Source of the DNA: Thermodesulfobacteriota bacterium
GTDB taxonomy: Bacteria; Desulfobacterota_D; UBA1144
Reading direction: 5' to 3'
Assembly: GCA_036340075.1 (NCBI GenBank)
Contig: JAYYZJ010000012.1
Coordinates: 1-64,000 of the forward strand
Length of the DNA stretch: 64,000 nucleotides
Each line of letters opens with the position of its first letter. Within the stretch, counting starts at the first letter, position 1. The position numbers and the translations under genes are program-made. Positions 51,730 to 61,499 of this stretch are shown here, piece by piece. The notes under the pieces were generated by a model. That model saw only the letters and a list, made by a program, of their open reading frames with translations. It ran no database searches and was not told where the DNA came from.

Positions 51730-52626
51730 ATGTCAATAATTAGTTCTAAAACAATTTTAATAGGAAATTTTGATGGATTGCATTTAGGCCATCAGAAATT
51801 AATTAAATTCGCTCAAAACTTATGTAAGGAGTCTGGTACTCAATTAACTTTAGTCACTTTTAGGCCACATCCTAGAAAAATACTTTCTAATAAAGGCACC
51901 AACCTACTTCTTCCTTATGAAGAAAAATTAAATTATTTAAAAGATTTAGGAATAGATCTTGTAGATGAAATCAATTTTAATCTTGATATCTCCAAACTTT
52001 CCCCAGAGCATTTCATAGAAGAGTTTTTAATTAAGCGCCATAATCCAAAAAATATAGTTGTAGGTAAAAATTTTAAATTTGGATTCAAAGCATCCGGCAA
52101 TGTGGACACTCTTAGAAAATTTGTCTCACCAGAAGTTGAAATTTTCCCAATAGACATAGAGGAAATAAGTGGAGAAAGAATTAGTTCAACAATTATAAAA
52201 GATTTCTTATCTAAAGGAGATGTCGAAAAAACTAAGGACTTCCTAGGGAGATATTATTCTATATCTGGAGTTGTAGTCCATGGCGAACAACGAGGAAGAG
52301 AAATAGGCTTTCCCACAGCAAATCTTAATACAAAATTTGAATTCTTGCCCATGAATGGAGTTTATGTAACTTATATTAATCTGGGAAATAGGAAATTAGA
52401 GGGTATTACAAATATTGGTTTTAGACCAACATTTGGGAAAAAGGATTTATTGATTGAGTCTCATATTTTTGACTTTAATCAATCTATTTATAACCAAGAA
52501 ATTACAATAGAATTTATTAATAGAATAAGAAGTGAGAAAAAGTTTGATAGTGTAGAAAAACTTATAGAAAATATTAATAAAGACGTTGAACATGGAAGGA
52601 GAGTATTTAAAAGTAAAAATGATTAA
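51730..52626 (+). CDS. ribF: bifunctional riboflavin kinase/FAD synthetase
   Basis: GNFDGLHLGH, TFRPHP, ISST, GFPTAN, NIGFRPTF, ESHIFDF. Confidence 0.96.
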   Translation: MSIISSKTILIGNFDGLHLGHQKLIKFAQNLCKESGTQLTLVTFRPHPRKILSNKGTNLLLPYEEKLNYLKDLGIDLVDEINFNLDISKLSPEHFIEEFLIKRHNPKNIVVGKNFKFGFKASGNVDTLRKFVSPEVEIFPIDIEEISGERISSTIIKDFLSKGDVEKTKDFLGRYYSISGVVVHGEQRGREIGFPTANLNTKFEFLPMNGVYVTYINLGNRKLEGITNIGFRPTFGKKDLLIESHIFDFNQSIYNQEITIEFINRIRSEKKFDSVEKLIENINKDVEHGRRVFKSKND

Positions 52627-53461
52627 AGGCAACACAAAAGTTTACACAGTTATAGGCAACCCGGTTAAACATAGCAAATCACCAGATATGCATAATGCTG
52701 CACTTACAGAACTACAAATTAATGCTTGCTATGTTGCGCTAGAGGTAAAGGTCGACGAGATTGAGTCTATATGCCATTTGATTAAATCGGGAACTATTTC
52801 TGGATCAAATGTCACCATACCTTATAAAGAAGAAGTTATGAAGTACGTTGATGTATTAACAGAAGAAGCAAACATGATTGGTTCCGTTAACACCTTGTAC
52901 CCTAAGGACGGGAAGCTGATAGGAGACAATACTGATGGTCTAGGCTTTGAGAAATCTTTATTTGCTGACAATGGTTTTGTCCCCAAAAATAAAAATTGCC
53001 TTGTACTTGGAGCAGGCGGAGCTTCCAAAGCAGTAACGACAAAACTTTGCCAGAATGGAATTAAATCTTTGTTGATTTACGATATAGACCAGAAAAAAGC
53101 TGAAGAACTCTTGAGCCATTTAGAAAAGTTCAATTATGAAACTTCTATCTCTTTAGCATCTTCCGAAGATATTGATCAATATTCATCTGATAGCAATTTG
53201 ATTATAAACTGCACACCTATTGGCATGAAAGAAGATGATCCTGTATTGATTTCAAGCGAGTCAATTTCAAGCAATCATTTTGTATATGATATTATTTATA
53301 CACCACCAGAAACTAAACTTCTTAAGTCAGCAAGAGAAAATGGCGCAAAAGTTATAAATGGAATGGACATGTTGGCTTATCAAGGAGCTGAAAGTCTATC
53401 TATTTGGGAAGATGTACCACCACCTTATGAAACTATGAAAAAGGAATTACAAAATGGATAA
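52619..53461 (+). CDS. aroE: shikimate dehydrogenase
   Basis: GNPVKHSKSP, NVTIPYK, NTDG, GAGGA, NCTPIGM, YDIIYTP. Confidence 0.95.
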   Translation: MIKGNTKVYTVIGNPVKHSKSPDMHNAALTELQINACYVALEVKVDEIESICHLIKSGTISGSNVTIPYKEEVMKYVDVLTEEANMIGSVNTLYPKDGKLIGDNTDGLGFEKSLFADNGFVPKNKNCLVLGAGGASKAVTTKLCQNGIKSLLIYDIDQKKAEELLSHLEKFNYETSISLASSEDIDQYSSDSNLIINCTPIGMKEDDPVLISSESISSNHFVYDIIYTPPETKLLKSARENGAKVINGMDMLAYQGAESLSIWEDVPPPYETMKKELQNG

Positions 53462-54782
53462 ATATAATTGCTGGTATCAAAGTATAGAAAATCCAGAAAA
53501 CAAATATGACATAAATGAAATTATTTATAGGTGCCCAAAAACAGGGAGCTTATTAGAAGTAGAACATGATTTAGATTTATTGAGAGAAAGAGAACCAGAA
53601 GAATGGAAGAACCTTTTTGATGAAAGATATAGGAAACAAAGCTGGCCTTATGGAAGTGGAGTGTGGGGTAAAAAAGAGTGGGTTGTTCCATTTATTAAGG
53701 ATGAAAATATTGTTTCTATGTATGAGGGAGGAACAAATCTTTTTTGGGCAGAAAAATACGGTAAGCAAGTCGGCGTAGAGGATTTATGGATTAAAATGTG
53801 TGGCAATAGCCATACTGGTTCTTTTAAAGATTTAGGTATGACTGTTCTTGTCTCTGCAGTTAAACAATTAATTGCTGAAGGAAAGCAAATTAAGGCAGTA
53901 GCATGTGCTTCTACCGGAGATACTTCTGCGGCCTTAAGTGCATATTGTGCTGCGGCAGGATTAAAATCCATAGTTTTTCTGCCAAGAAATAAAGTATCAA
54001 TTGCACAACTTGTTCAACCATTAGCAAATGGAGCCAAAGTCCTATCTCTTAATACAGATTTTGATGGATGCATGAAAGTTGTTCAAGAAGTTTGCGATAA
54101 AGAAAACATATATTTAGCTAATTCTATGAATTCGCTTCGAATAGAAGGACAGAAGACTATAAGTATTGAAATATGTCAGCAGTTTGGTTGGGAGGTGCCC
54201 GACTGGGTTATTATTCCCGGAGGTAATCTCGGTAACATATCTGCTCTTGGAAAAGGATTTCTGATGCTGAGAGATTTAGGTCTAATTAAGAAATTACCAA
54301 GATTGGTTTGTGCACAAGCAAAAAATGCAAACCCTTTGTATATTAGTTATCTTGAAGATTTTAAAAGTTTTGAACCCATTAAGGCATCAAAAACACATGC
54401 GAGCGCCATACAAATAGGAGATCCAGTTAGTGTAAATAAAGCAATAAATATTTTAAAAATTTTTGATGGAATAGTTGAGGAGTCAAGCGAGGATGAACTA
54501 GCTACATCATCAGCAAAGGTTGACTTAACTGGAACATTTAATTGTCCACATACTGGTGTAGCAGTTACAGCTTTTGAAAAATTAGCCAAAAAAAACGTAA
54601 TCAAGAAAGATGATAAAGTTGTAATTATTTCGACAGCTCATGGGTTGAAATTTGTTGATTTTAAAATTAATTATCATATGGAGAATCTAGAAGGTATTTC
54701 TAACAAGTTCTCTAACCAGCCATTCGAACTGGAAGCTTCTGTAGATGAAGTAATGAAGACTATAAATAAAAAGATACTTTGA
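53454..54782 (+). CDS. thrC: threonine synthase (plant-like subtype)
   Basis: HTGSFKDLGM PLP lysine, CASTGDTSAA, NSLRIEGQKT, PGGNLGN, STAHGLKF. Confidence 0.95.
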   Translation: MDKYNCWYQSIENPENKYDINEIIYRCPKTGSLLEVEHDLDLLREREPEEWKNLFDERYRKQSWPYGSGVWGKKEWVVPFIKDENIVSMYEGGTNLFWAEKYGKQVGVEDLWIKMCGNSHTGSFKDLGMTVLVSAVKQLIAEGKQIKAVACASTGDTSAALSAYCAAAGLKSIVFLPRNKVSIAQLVQPLANGAKVLSLNTDFDGCMKVVQEVCDKENIYLANSMNSLRIEGQKTISIEICQQFGWEVPDWVIIPGGNLGNISALGKGFLMLRDLGLIKKLPRLVCAQAKNANPLYISYLEDFKSFEPIKASKTHASAIQIGDPVSVNKAINILKIFDGIVEESSEDELATSSAKVDLTGTFNCPHTGVAVTAFEKLAKKNVIKKDDKVVIISTAHGLKFVDFKINYHMENLEGISNKFSNQPFELEASVDEVMKTINKKIL

Positions 54783-54788
54783 TAAATA

Positions 54789-55421
54789 ATGAAAAAATTA
54801 GATGGCTTATATCTCATTACTGATGAATCTTTAATTGATCAAGAACAATATTTTGAGACAATAGAATCAGTACTAAGGGTAGGACCGGCTCTTTTGCAGT
54901 TGAGAATTAAAGACGCTTCTTATGATGACTTGCTCTACAAAGCGAAAAAAGTTAGGGCGATTGCAAACAAATTTGATACCTTGTTTATAGTAAATGATTA
55001 TATAGATATTGCTCTTGAATCTGATGCAGATGGTATTCATATTGGTGGAGAAGATTTAGATTATTTAGAAGCAAGGAAAAGAATAGGAGAAAAAAAAATT
55101 ATTGGCGTTTCTTGCTATGGAGATGTTAAACGAAGTATAGATTTTTCAAAATTAGGTGCGGACTATATAGCTATTGGAACCCCATATTTTACAAAAACAA
55201 AGCCGAACCGTACTCCAACAAGTTTAAATGTTATGAGAGATATAACATCAAAAGTTATAACTACACCGATATTTGCGATTGGCGGAATCAACTATGAAAA
55301 TATATCTGAAGTTATGAATACAGGCGTAAATGGAATCGCAGTCATTAATTCTGTTTTTGGAACACCGGATCCATCTGTTGCAGCATTAAATTTAAAAAAG
55401 CAATTAGAACAAATTGTTTAA
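54789..55421 (+). CDS. thiE: thiamine-phosphate synthase
   Basis: LYLITD, QLRIK, IVND, DGIHIG, GVSC, TKTK, AIGGI. Confidence 0.92.
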   Translation: MKKLDGLYLITDESLIDQEQYFETIESVLRVGPALLQLRIKDASYDDLLYKAKKVRAIANKFDTLFIVNDYIDIALESDADGIHIGGEDLDYLEARKRIGEKKIIGVSCYGDVKRSIDFSKLGADYIAIGTPYFTKTKPNRTPTSLNVMRDITSKVITTPIFAIGGINYENISEVMNTGVNGIAVINSVFGTPDPSVAALNLKKQLEQIV

Positions 55422-56471
55422 TTTTTTTCCTGATCTTTTAAAATCTTTTAATCTTTCAGCTAGTGCATGAGATACAATTGGGAGTGCTATAGAAGCATCA
55501 CAATAACATTGTACTAGGTCGCCTTCGGGGTCTTCTTTTCCCCAGGAGACGGCTTCTTCAAAAGTACATCCAGATAATCCACCCCATTGAGGAGAGTCAG
55601 TAGTTATTTGAACAGCGTATCGATGTGGATAATAAGACTCTTGTTCATCAATATTTTCTCTTGTTCTTGGATTTTTTCTATTTGGTATAGCTCTCTCTTC
55701 ATAAAGCAAATCGGCTGTAACTGAAATTAGTTGAATCCAATCTTTAGGTACTCCACCACCGATATAGACAACTCCAGTATCTTTAACATGTTCTGCTAAG
55801 GACATATATTCTGTGTAATCTTTAATTGAGTCTATAGTTAGACTAAATCCTTTGGACTTTGCAATAAGAGCCGCATCACCATATGGACTATCAGGAAATG
55901 CAGGACAAAAAATGGGGATATTTTTTTTAGCAGCAACTGACACTATTGATTCAACACCTTTTTTAGTTAACCAAAGACCAAACAAATAAAGAAATTCTCT
56001 AGAAGAATAATTATGCTTTTCGTTAAGCGTCTGGATAAACTCAGCAATTAATTCAGTCATTTCAAGATATTCTTTCTCGCTACCTAAAATATCATAATAT
56101 CTATTAAAACCTTTCTTAAATAATTCTTCATCAGAACTATTTTGAGAAGATTGAATATATGCTCCACCCATTGCCTCAACTATGTCCTCAGAAATGTTCG
56201 CGCCTGTTGGCACCAGTATGTCGATTAAATTATTTTCCAAAAGCCAATTGATGATTTTCCACTGTCCAGTAGTTGATAACGAACCAGCATATCCAAAAAG
56301 AATTGTTATATCAGGATTTTTAGACATATTCTCGAGAACTGTTACAACTCGAGCCAAACTCTTTCCTTGGAATCCGGTATTTTCCATTAAATGAAGCACT
56401 TCGGATATTGACCTTTCCTTATCAACATCAATTGCAGAAACTTTCTTATCCAGTTTTATTTTTTTATCCAT
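55404..56471 (-). CDS. deoxyhypusine synthase-like protein (possible homospermidine synthase)
   Basis: TGFQG, TGAN, PIFCPA..DS, GGGVPKD, YAVQITTD..GGLSGCT..EAVSWGK with the catalytic Lys retained. Confidence 0.88.
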   Translation of the reverse strand: MDKKIKLDKKVSAIDVDKERSISEVLHLMENTGFQGKSLARVVTVLENMSKNPDITILFGYAGSLSTTGQWKIINWLLENNLIDILVPTGANISEDIVEAMGGAYIQSSQNSSDEELFKKGFNRYYDILGSEKEYLEMTELIAEFIQTLNEKHNYSSREFLYLFGLWLTKKGVESIVSVAAKKNIPIFCPAFPDSPYGDAALIAKSKGFSLTIDSIKDYTEYMSLAEHVKDTGVVYIGGGVPKDWIQLISVTADLLYEERAIPNRKNPRTRENIDEQESYYPHRYAVQITTDSPQWGGLSGCTFEEAVSWGKEDPEGDLVQCYCDASIALPIVSHALAERLKDFKRSGKKLNNLF

Positions 56472-56573
56472 ATTGTTTTCCTAAACAAAGAACATGTTAA
56501 TCATAAAGAAATTGTTAATTATTTCAATAATATTATAAAACATAGGTTTTAAGGGATAATCTAGCAAAATAGT

Positions 56574-56601
56574 TTGACAAAAAATATATATATTTCATAC
56601 T
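56574..56601 (+). promoter_or_regulatory. candidate sigma70 promoter TTGACA-N16-CATACT
   Basis: Upstream of the aminotransferase; GGAGG SD at 56639-56643. Confidence 0.5.
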
Positions 56602-56650
56602 TTTTTTTACATTTTTTTGTGATTTTAAGTAAATCTTTGGAGGGTGCATA

Positions 56651-57826
56651 ATGGGATACAATTTCAGTAGCAGGACAAATCATTTTACATTACCTAAGCA
56701 ATGGGCAAGCATGAGAGTTGCCAAGAAACTTGAGAAAGAAACAGGAAAAAAAATTATTCATTTCGAAAAAGGAGACTATCAAGGACCCGATTTTGAGACT
56801 CCTCAGCATATACTTGAGGCTACAGTGCGAGCTTTAGAGTCAGGATATGTAAGATACGATCCAGGACCAGGATTACCAGAGTTAAGAGAATATATTGCTA
56901 CCGAAACGATGAAGGATAGAAGACCAGGAACTAAGCCAGAGGAAGTCATTATTACAGCAGGAGCAAAAAATGCTTTGACAATGTCCCTACTTACTATTTT
57001 GGAAGACGGAGATGAAGTAGTATTTCCTAACCCAGGTTATCCACCAGATGAAGTTTGGGCAAAATATACTAATGCCAAAATATTACATACTCCATTAAAC
57101 AAGGGAGATTGGCAGTATGATTTAGAGAAGCTTGATAAGATGATTACTGACAAAACAAAGCTTCTTATTATTAACACACCACAGAGACCAAATGGACAAT
57201 TAGTTGAAAACCCAGAAGAAATAGCAGAAATTGTTTTAAAGCACCCTGACTTACTGGTTATAACAGATGAAATTTTTAGCCAAGTTATTTATGATGGAAA
57301 GAAACATAAAACAATATCATCTATTCCTGAAATGAAAGATCGTTGCATTGTTATTGATACATGGTCTAAGACATATGCAATGACTGGATGGAGAATAGGT
57401 TTTGCTGTTGCCAACGAAGAGATTATTACTAAGTTGTCAATCTTCTTGCAGGATTCAATAACTAATGTTGCTGCATTTATTCAACGAGCAGCTTATGAAG
57501 CTGTTAGTGGACCCCAAGATTGGACGATAGAAAAAAGAGACTTGCTTGAAAAGAAAAGAGATTTGATGGTTAAAGGTTTAAACGAAGTTCCGGGCATAGA
57601 ATGTGTTACACCACCAGGATCTTTTTATTGTTTTCCTGACATTACAGGTACAGGACTAACATCACAGGAGTTTACAGACAGACTTGTAGTCGAGGCCGGT
57701 GTTGCCGTTGTAGCTGGTACCGCGTTTGGAACACAAGGCGAAGGCTTTGTTAGAGTAACCTATGCTGTTTCAGATGAAGATATCGCAGAAGGCATAGAGA
57801 GAATGAAAACACTCTTTTCTAAATAA
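56651..57826 (+). CDS. PLP-dependent aminotransferase class I/II
   Basis: PDF, GLPELRE, GAK, DEI, SKTYAMTGWRIG PLP lysine, GSFYCFP, GFVR. Confidence 0.9.
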   Translation: MGYNFSSRTNHFTLPKQWASMRVAKKLEKETGKKIIHFEKGDYQGPDFETPQHILEATVRALESGYVRYDPGPGLPELREYIATETMKDRRPGTKPEEVIITAGAKNALTMSLLTILEDGDEVVFPNPGYPPDEVWAKYTNAKILHTPLNKGDWQYDLEKLDKMITDKTKLLIINTPQRPNGQLVENPEEIAEIVLKHPDLLVITDEIFSQVIYDGKKHKTISSIPEMKDRCIVIDTWSKTYAMTGWRIGFAVANEEIITKLSIFLQDSITNVAAFIQRAAYEAVSGPQDWTIEKRDLLEKKRDLMVKGLNEVPGIECVTPPGSFYCFPDITGTGLTSQEFTDRLVVEAGVAVVAGTAFGTQGEGFVRVTYAVSDEDIAEGIERMKTLFSK

Positions 57827-58626
57827 TGATAAGAAACTTAATTATTCCTGTAATATTTCTAAGTATCTTTATTGCTTGTACGACTGCACCAATCACTGGC
57901 AGAAGTCAGCTCATCCTTATCTCTGAAATACAAGAAATTAAATTGGGAATAACTGCTTATAACCAGGTTCTACAAGAAAGCAAACTTTCCAAAAATAAAA
58001 CTTACGTTGATTCGGTAAAAAGGGTAGGCGACAGAATAGCTTCGTATACAGGAAAAAATTATAATTGGCAGTTCAATGTAATAGAGTCAGATCAAATTAA
58101 TGCTTGGTGCCTACCGGGTGGCAAGATTGCATTTTATGAAGGAATATTAGATATAATGGATAATGAAGCTCAGGTAGCAGCTGTAATGGCCCATGAAATA
58201 GCCCATGCTACTGCAAGACATGGTGGTGAGAGAATTAGCCTAGGCATATTAGCACAGGTTGGAGCAGTTGCATTACAAGTGGCATTAAGAGACAAAGACC
58301 CAGCAATTCAATATGCTGTTTTCCAAGCTTATGCTCCAACAGTTTTGATTGGCGTTATATTGCCATATAGTAGAAACCAAGAACACGAAGCTGACGAGAT
58401 TGGCTTAGTCTATATGTCAAAAGCGGGCTACAATCCAGAAGAGGCTCTTATCTTTTGGGAAAAAATGTATGAAGAGAATAAAGGCAAACCAAGACCACCA
58501 GAATGGTTGAGCACACATCCTACAACACCAAAAAGAATAGCCGAGATAAAAGAGATGCTTCCAGAAATGATTGAAATTTACCTGGCTTCAGAGGAAAAAA
58601 ATACTCCTCTTAAACCTCTTCACTAA
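57826..58626 (+). CDS. M48 family zinc metallopeptidase lipoprotein
   Basis: Lipobox FIAC, TGRSQL, NAWCLPGGKI, HEIAH, YSRNQEHEAD, LSTHP. Confidence 0.9.
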   Translation: MIRNLIIPVIFLSIFIACTTAPITGRSQLILISEIQEIKLGITAYNQVLQESKLSKNKTYVDSVKRVGDRIASYTGKNYNWQFNVIESDQINAWCLPGGKIAFYEGILDIMDNEAQVAAVMAHEIAHATARHGGERISLGILAQVGAVALQVALRDKDPAIQYAVFQAYAPTVLIGVILPYSRNQEHEADEIGLVYMSKAGYNPEEALIFWEKMYEENKGKPRPPEWLSTHPTTPKRIAEIKEMLPEMIEIYLASEEKNTPLKPLH

Positions 58627-58793
58627 TATAAAAATTTTTTTTATTTATCTATTGCAATATTTTTTTTATCACGTATCTTTCTGTTGCGTGAAACAAAAAA
58701 TAAGTTTCTTTTTTACAAAAAACATCTTTCAATTTAAACCAAAAGTCGACAATTTCTTTTACAAAATTTTTTCTCAAAACGGAGATATAAGAT

Positions 58794-59753
58794 ATGGATC
58801 TAATTAACATCTGGGCCCTAGCGGGTTTTCTACTTGCCTCATACTCAGTTATTGCTAATGATAGCATTCAAACTCTAGGAACTTTTATAGCTTCCAATAA
58901 AGAATCTATAAACTGGAAGATTTTATGGCTCTTTGGGGCCACTATTTTTTCAATTGTTGTAGTTTATGGATGGTTGACATACGGTGGCGACATATCTTAT
59001 GGACGATTAACAAGGATAGATTATATAGAGCCACAGTGGTACCATGCTGTTGCTCCAGCAATTCTTCTTGTTTTAACTAGATTCGGAATTCCAGTTTCTA
59101 CTACTTTTTTAGTATTTTCGGTCTTTGCATCTTCTGTTGTTTTAGAAAAGATAGTAATTAAATCTATAGTCGGCTACGGTGTCGCAGCGGTCTCAGCTTA
59201 TCTAATCTGGCTTGTGATAAGTTCATTTATCGACGAAAAGTTAGATAAAGTTAGACCTGAGAATATAAAATACTGGAGAGTTGCTCAATGGACCACAAGT
59301 GGGTATCTATGGTTTGCTTGGCTGCAGCACGACTTAGCCAACATCGCAGTCTACTTGCCAAGACAATTATCACTACCCTTATTATTAGGAGTAGTGTTGT
59401 TAGGTATATGTTTCTTAGGTTTTATCTTTTACAGTGGGGGCGGAAGAATACAAAAAATTGTTTTAAATAAGACTGGCTCAAGGTATTTACGTTCTACAAG
59501 TATCATTGATGTAATATACGCGACAATCCTATTTTTCTTTAAAGAGTTAAATGATCTTCCAATGTCAACTACATGGGTATTTGTTGGCCTCTTGTCTGGT
59601 AGAGAGTTGGCAATGTCGACTACTAGAAAAGACTATAAGCTTAAATATATTTTCCCTATTGTTGCAAAAGATTTTGGAAAACTCTTACTTGGACTTGCGA
59701 TTTCCATACTGGTAGTTTTCGGAGTTATTTTCTTAGAAGGAAATGGGTATTAA
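58794..59753 (+). CDS. membrane transporter distantly related to the PiT/PHO4 family
   Basis: Two repeat halves with PiT-like signatures: IANDSIQ..GIPVSTT and QHDLAN..LPMSTTW; many TM segments; GGAG SD. Confidence 0.6.
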   Translation: MDLINIWALAGFLLASYSVIANDSIQTLGTFIASNKESINWKILWLFGATIFSIVVVYGWLTYGGDISYGRLTRIDYIEPQWYHAVAPAILLVLTRFGIPVSTTFLVFSVFASSVVLEKIVIKSIVGYGVAAVSAYLIWLVISSFIDEKLDKVRPENIKYWRVAQWTTSGYLWFAWLQHDLANIAVYLPRQLSLPLLLGVVLLGICFLGFIFYSGGGRIQKIVLNKTGSRYLRSTSIIDVIYATILFFFKELNDLPMSTTWVFVGLLSGRELAMSTTRKDYKLKYIFPIVAKDFGKLLLGLAISILVVFGVIFLEGNGY

Positions 59754-59835
59754 TAACAGGGATAGATAGAAAATCATGTTTCAAACAAAGTCATTGAGAA
59801 AGCAATATAAAAAAAGAAAAAAGGAGTCATCTCAC

Positions 59836-60000
59836 ATGAAAAAAAGTGCTAACATTAATATATATATTCATTCTATGCGAGTGAAAGATGAATGTATAAC
59901 GGAGAAAGAAATTAAGCCCGAATGTTTATATGATGATGGGGTATCAGTCAGACCAGAATGCTTAGAGGAGCCTGTTAAGTATCTCAAGAGGTTAAAATGA
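59836..60000 (+). CDS. small Cys-repeat protein (54 aa)
   Basis: AAGGAG SD before ATG 59836; VKDEC, IKPEC, VRPEC repeats; ATGA overlap with the porin start. Confidence 0.55.
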   Translation: MKKSANINIYIHSMRVKDECITEKEIKPECLYDDGVSVRPECLEEPVKYLKRLK

Positions 60001-61388
60001 ATAAATTTTTTCTACCTTTTTTCTTATTTTTTTCTTTAATCTCCATTTCGACTGTATTTAGCAAAGAACTACCAGAAGATTCTTCATCCGGAATCCTTAA
60101 AAATGTGACAGCTGACTTAACTAAAGATTCTGATGATATCAAATTAAAATACAAAGCTGGTAAAGGACTTGAGTTTAAAGGCGGAGATGCTTTCAAATTA
60201 AATCTTGGTGCAAGAATACAATTTAGATTTGATTCCGCAGACTACAATCAAGCAGCTAGTGGTACACAAGATTCAGGTACAAGAGTTGTTTCTTCTTTGG
60301 CCTCTATAGAAGGTAAAGAAGGCAGAACACACGATTTTATGACAAGAAGATTTCAAATTACTTTTTCTGGATATGCTTATAACCCAAACATTTTTTATAA
60401 ATATATTTTATGTTCAGATAAAAATGGTACAGACTGTGTTGGATCAGGATCAGGTCTCGGGATTGAAGATGCTTACTTTGGATATAAATTCGGAAAAGGG
60501 AAAATATTGATGGGTCAGTGGAAACTTCCCTTCACGGTTGAAGAGCAAACATCTTCAAGCAATCTTGAATATGTTGATAGATCTGCAAATCAATTAACTT
60601 TTGAAAGAGACCACCAGATTCGTTTGGAGATTGAACCTAATAGTCAAATTAAAGCAACAGCGGCACTTGGAGCAGGCTTAGGAGGCAATAAGCTAAAATC
60701 TAATCAAGCTGCTGAAGGTACAACTGGTGATGAATCAGATGGTTGGGACAAAGTTGAAGTTTACAGATTAGAGATAACTCCATTTGGTAAAATGAAGTAT
60801 AGCCAAGCAGACTTAAAAAAATCTGATAGTGTAAAACTAAGATTTGGAGCAGCTAGACTTTATTGGAGAGATGTTAACTTAAAATTCGATGGTGACTTTG
60901 ATGCTGTAGGGAGTAGAGGTAAATTTGACGATCGTCTAGATGACTTTGAAACTGCATATTACAAAAATGATAAAAATGGAGCAGCCTTTCAAGGCAATAG
61001 CTTCTATACTATGACAGCCACTACATTCGATGCGGGAATAAAGTACAATGGTTTATTCGCTGAATTCGAACACACCATTAATGAACTTAAAGATAAAACT
61101 TTAGGCAAAGGTACTGAAAGCATTAATTGGACCAGGTACCAAGTTTCTTACCACATAAGAAATGGTTGGGTAACTGGTTTTAGATATGGTGTTTTAGACC
61201 AGTCTGACAGAGCTTCAGATGAAATAACAGAAAAAACAATTACACTTTCAAAATTCTTTGTTGGCCATAATCTAAAGATCAATGCAGATTATGGATGGTT
61301 GGAAGAAGAATTAGGACCTAAAACTACAGTAACTTCAGATCAAGCTGAGACAACAACATTTAGAATACAAGCACAGCTTAAATTCTGA
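59997..61388 (+). CDS. outer-membrane porin, OprO/OprP-like
   Basis: Signal peptide, RIQFRF, RRFQITFSG, EDAY, GQWKLPF..E..SSSNLEYVDRS, C-terminal QAQLKF. Confidence 0.75.
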   Translation: MNKFFLPFFLFFSLISISTVFSKELPEDSSSGILKNVTADLTKDSDDIKLKYKAGKGLEFKGGDAFKLNLGARIQFRFDSADYNQAASGTQDSGTRVVSSLASIEGKEGRTHDFMTRRFQITFSGYAYNPNIFYKYILCSDKNGTDCVGSGSGLGIEDAYFGYKFGKGKILMGQWKLPFTVEEQTSSSNLEYVDRSANQLTFERDHQIRLEIEPNSQIKATAALGAGLGGNKLKSNQAAEGTTGDESDGWDKVEVYRLEITPFGKMKYSQADLKKSDSVKLRFGAARLYWRDVNLKFDGDFDAVGSRGKFDDRLDDFETAYYKNDKNGAAFQGNSFYTMTATTFDAGIKYNGLFAEFEHTINELKDKTLGKGTESINWTRYQVSYHIRNGWVTGFRYGVLDQSDRASDEITEKTITLSKFFVGHNLKINADYGWLEEELGPKTTVTSDQAETTTFRIQAQLKF

Positions 61389-61499
61389 GAGGCACTTAAA
61401 CAAAGACTTTTCTGCTAAGGGAAAAATTATACGTGCTCTTTTATTTTGAAAAAACATTATTATGAATTAATATATCAAGAAATATTCTGGAGGAGTACT

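Noticed and set aside
58627..58793. Pho box or riboswitch upstream of the PiT-like gene
   Set aside because: The TTTACAAAA copies are about 46 bp apart rather than 11, and only a weak 7-bp hairpin is visible; nothing matches a known aptamer.
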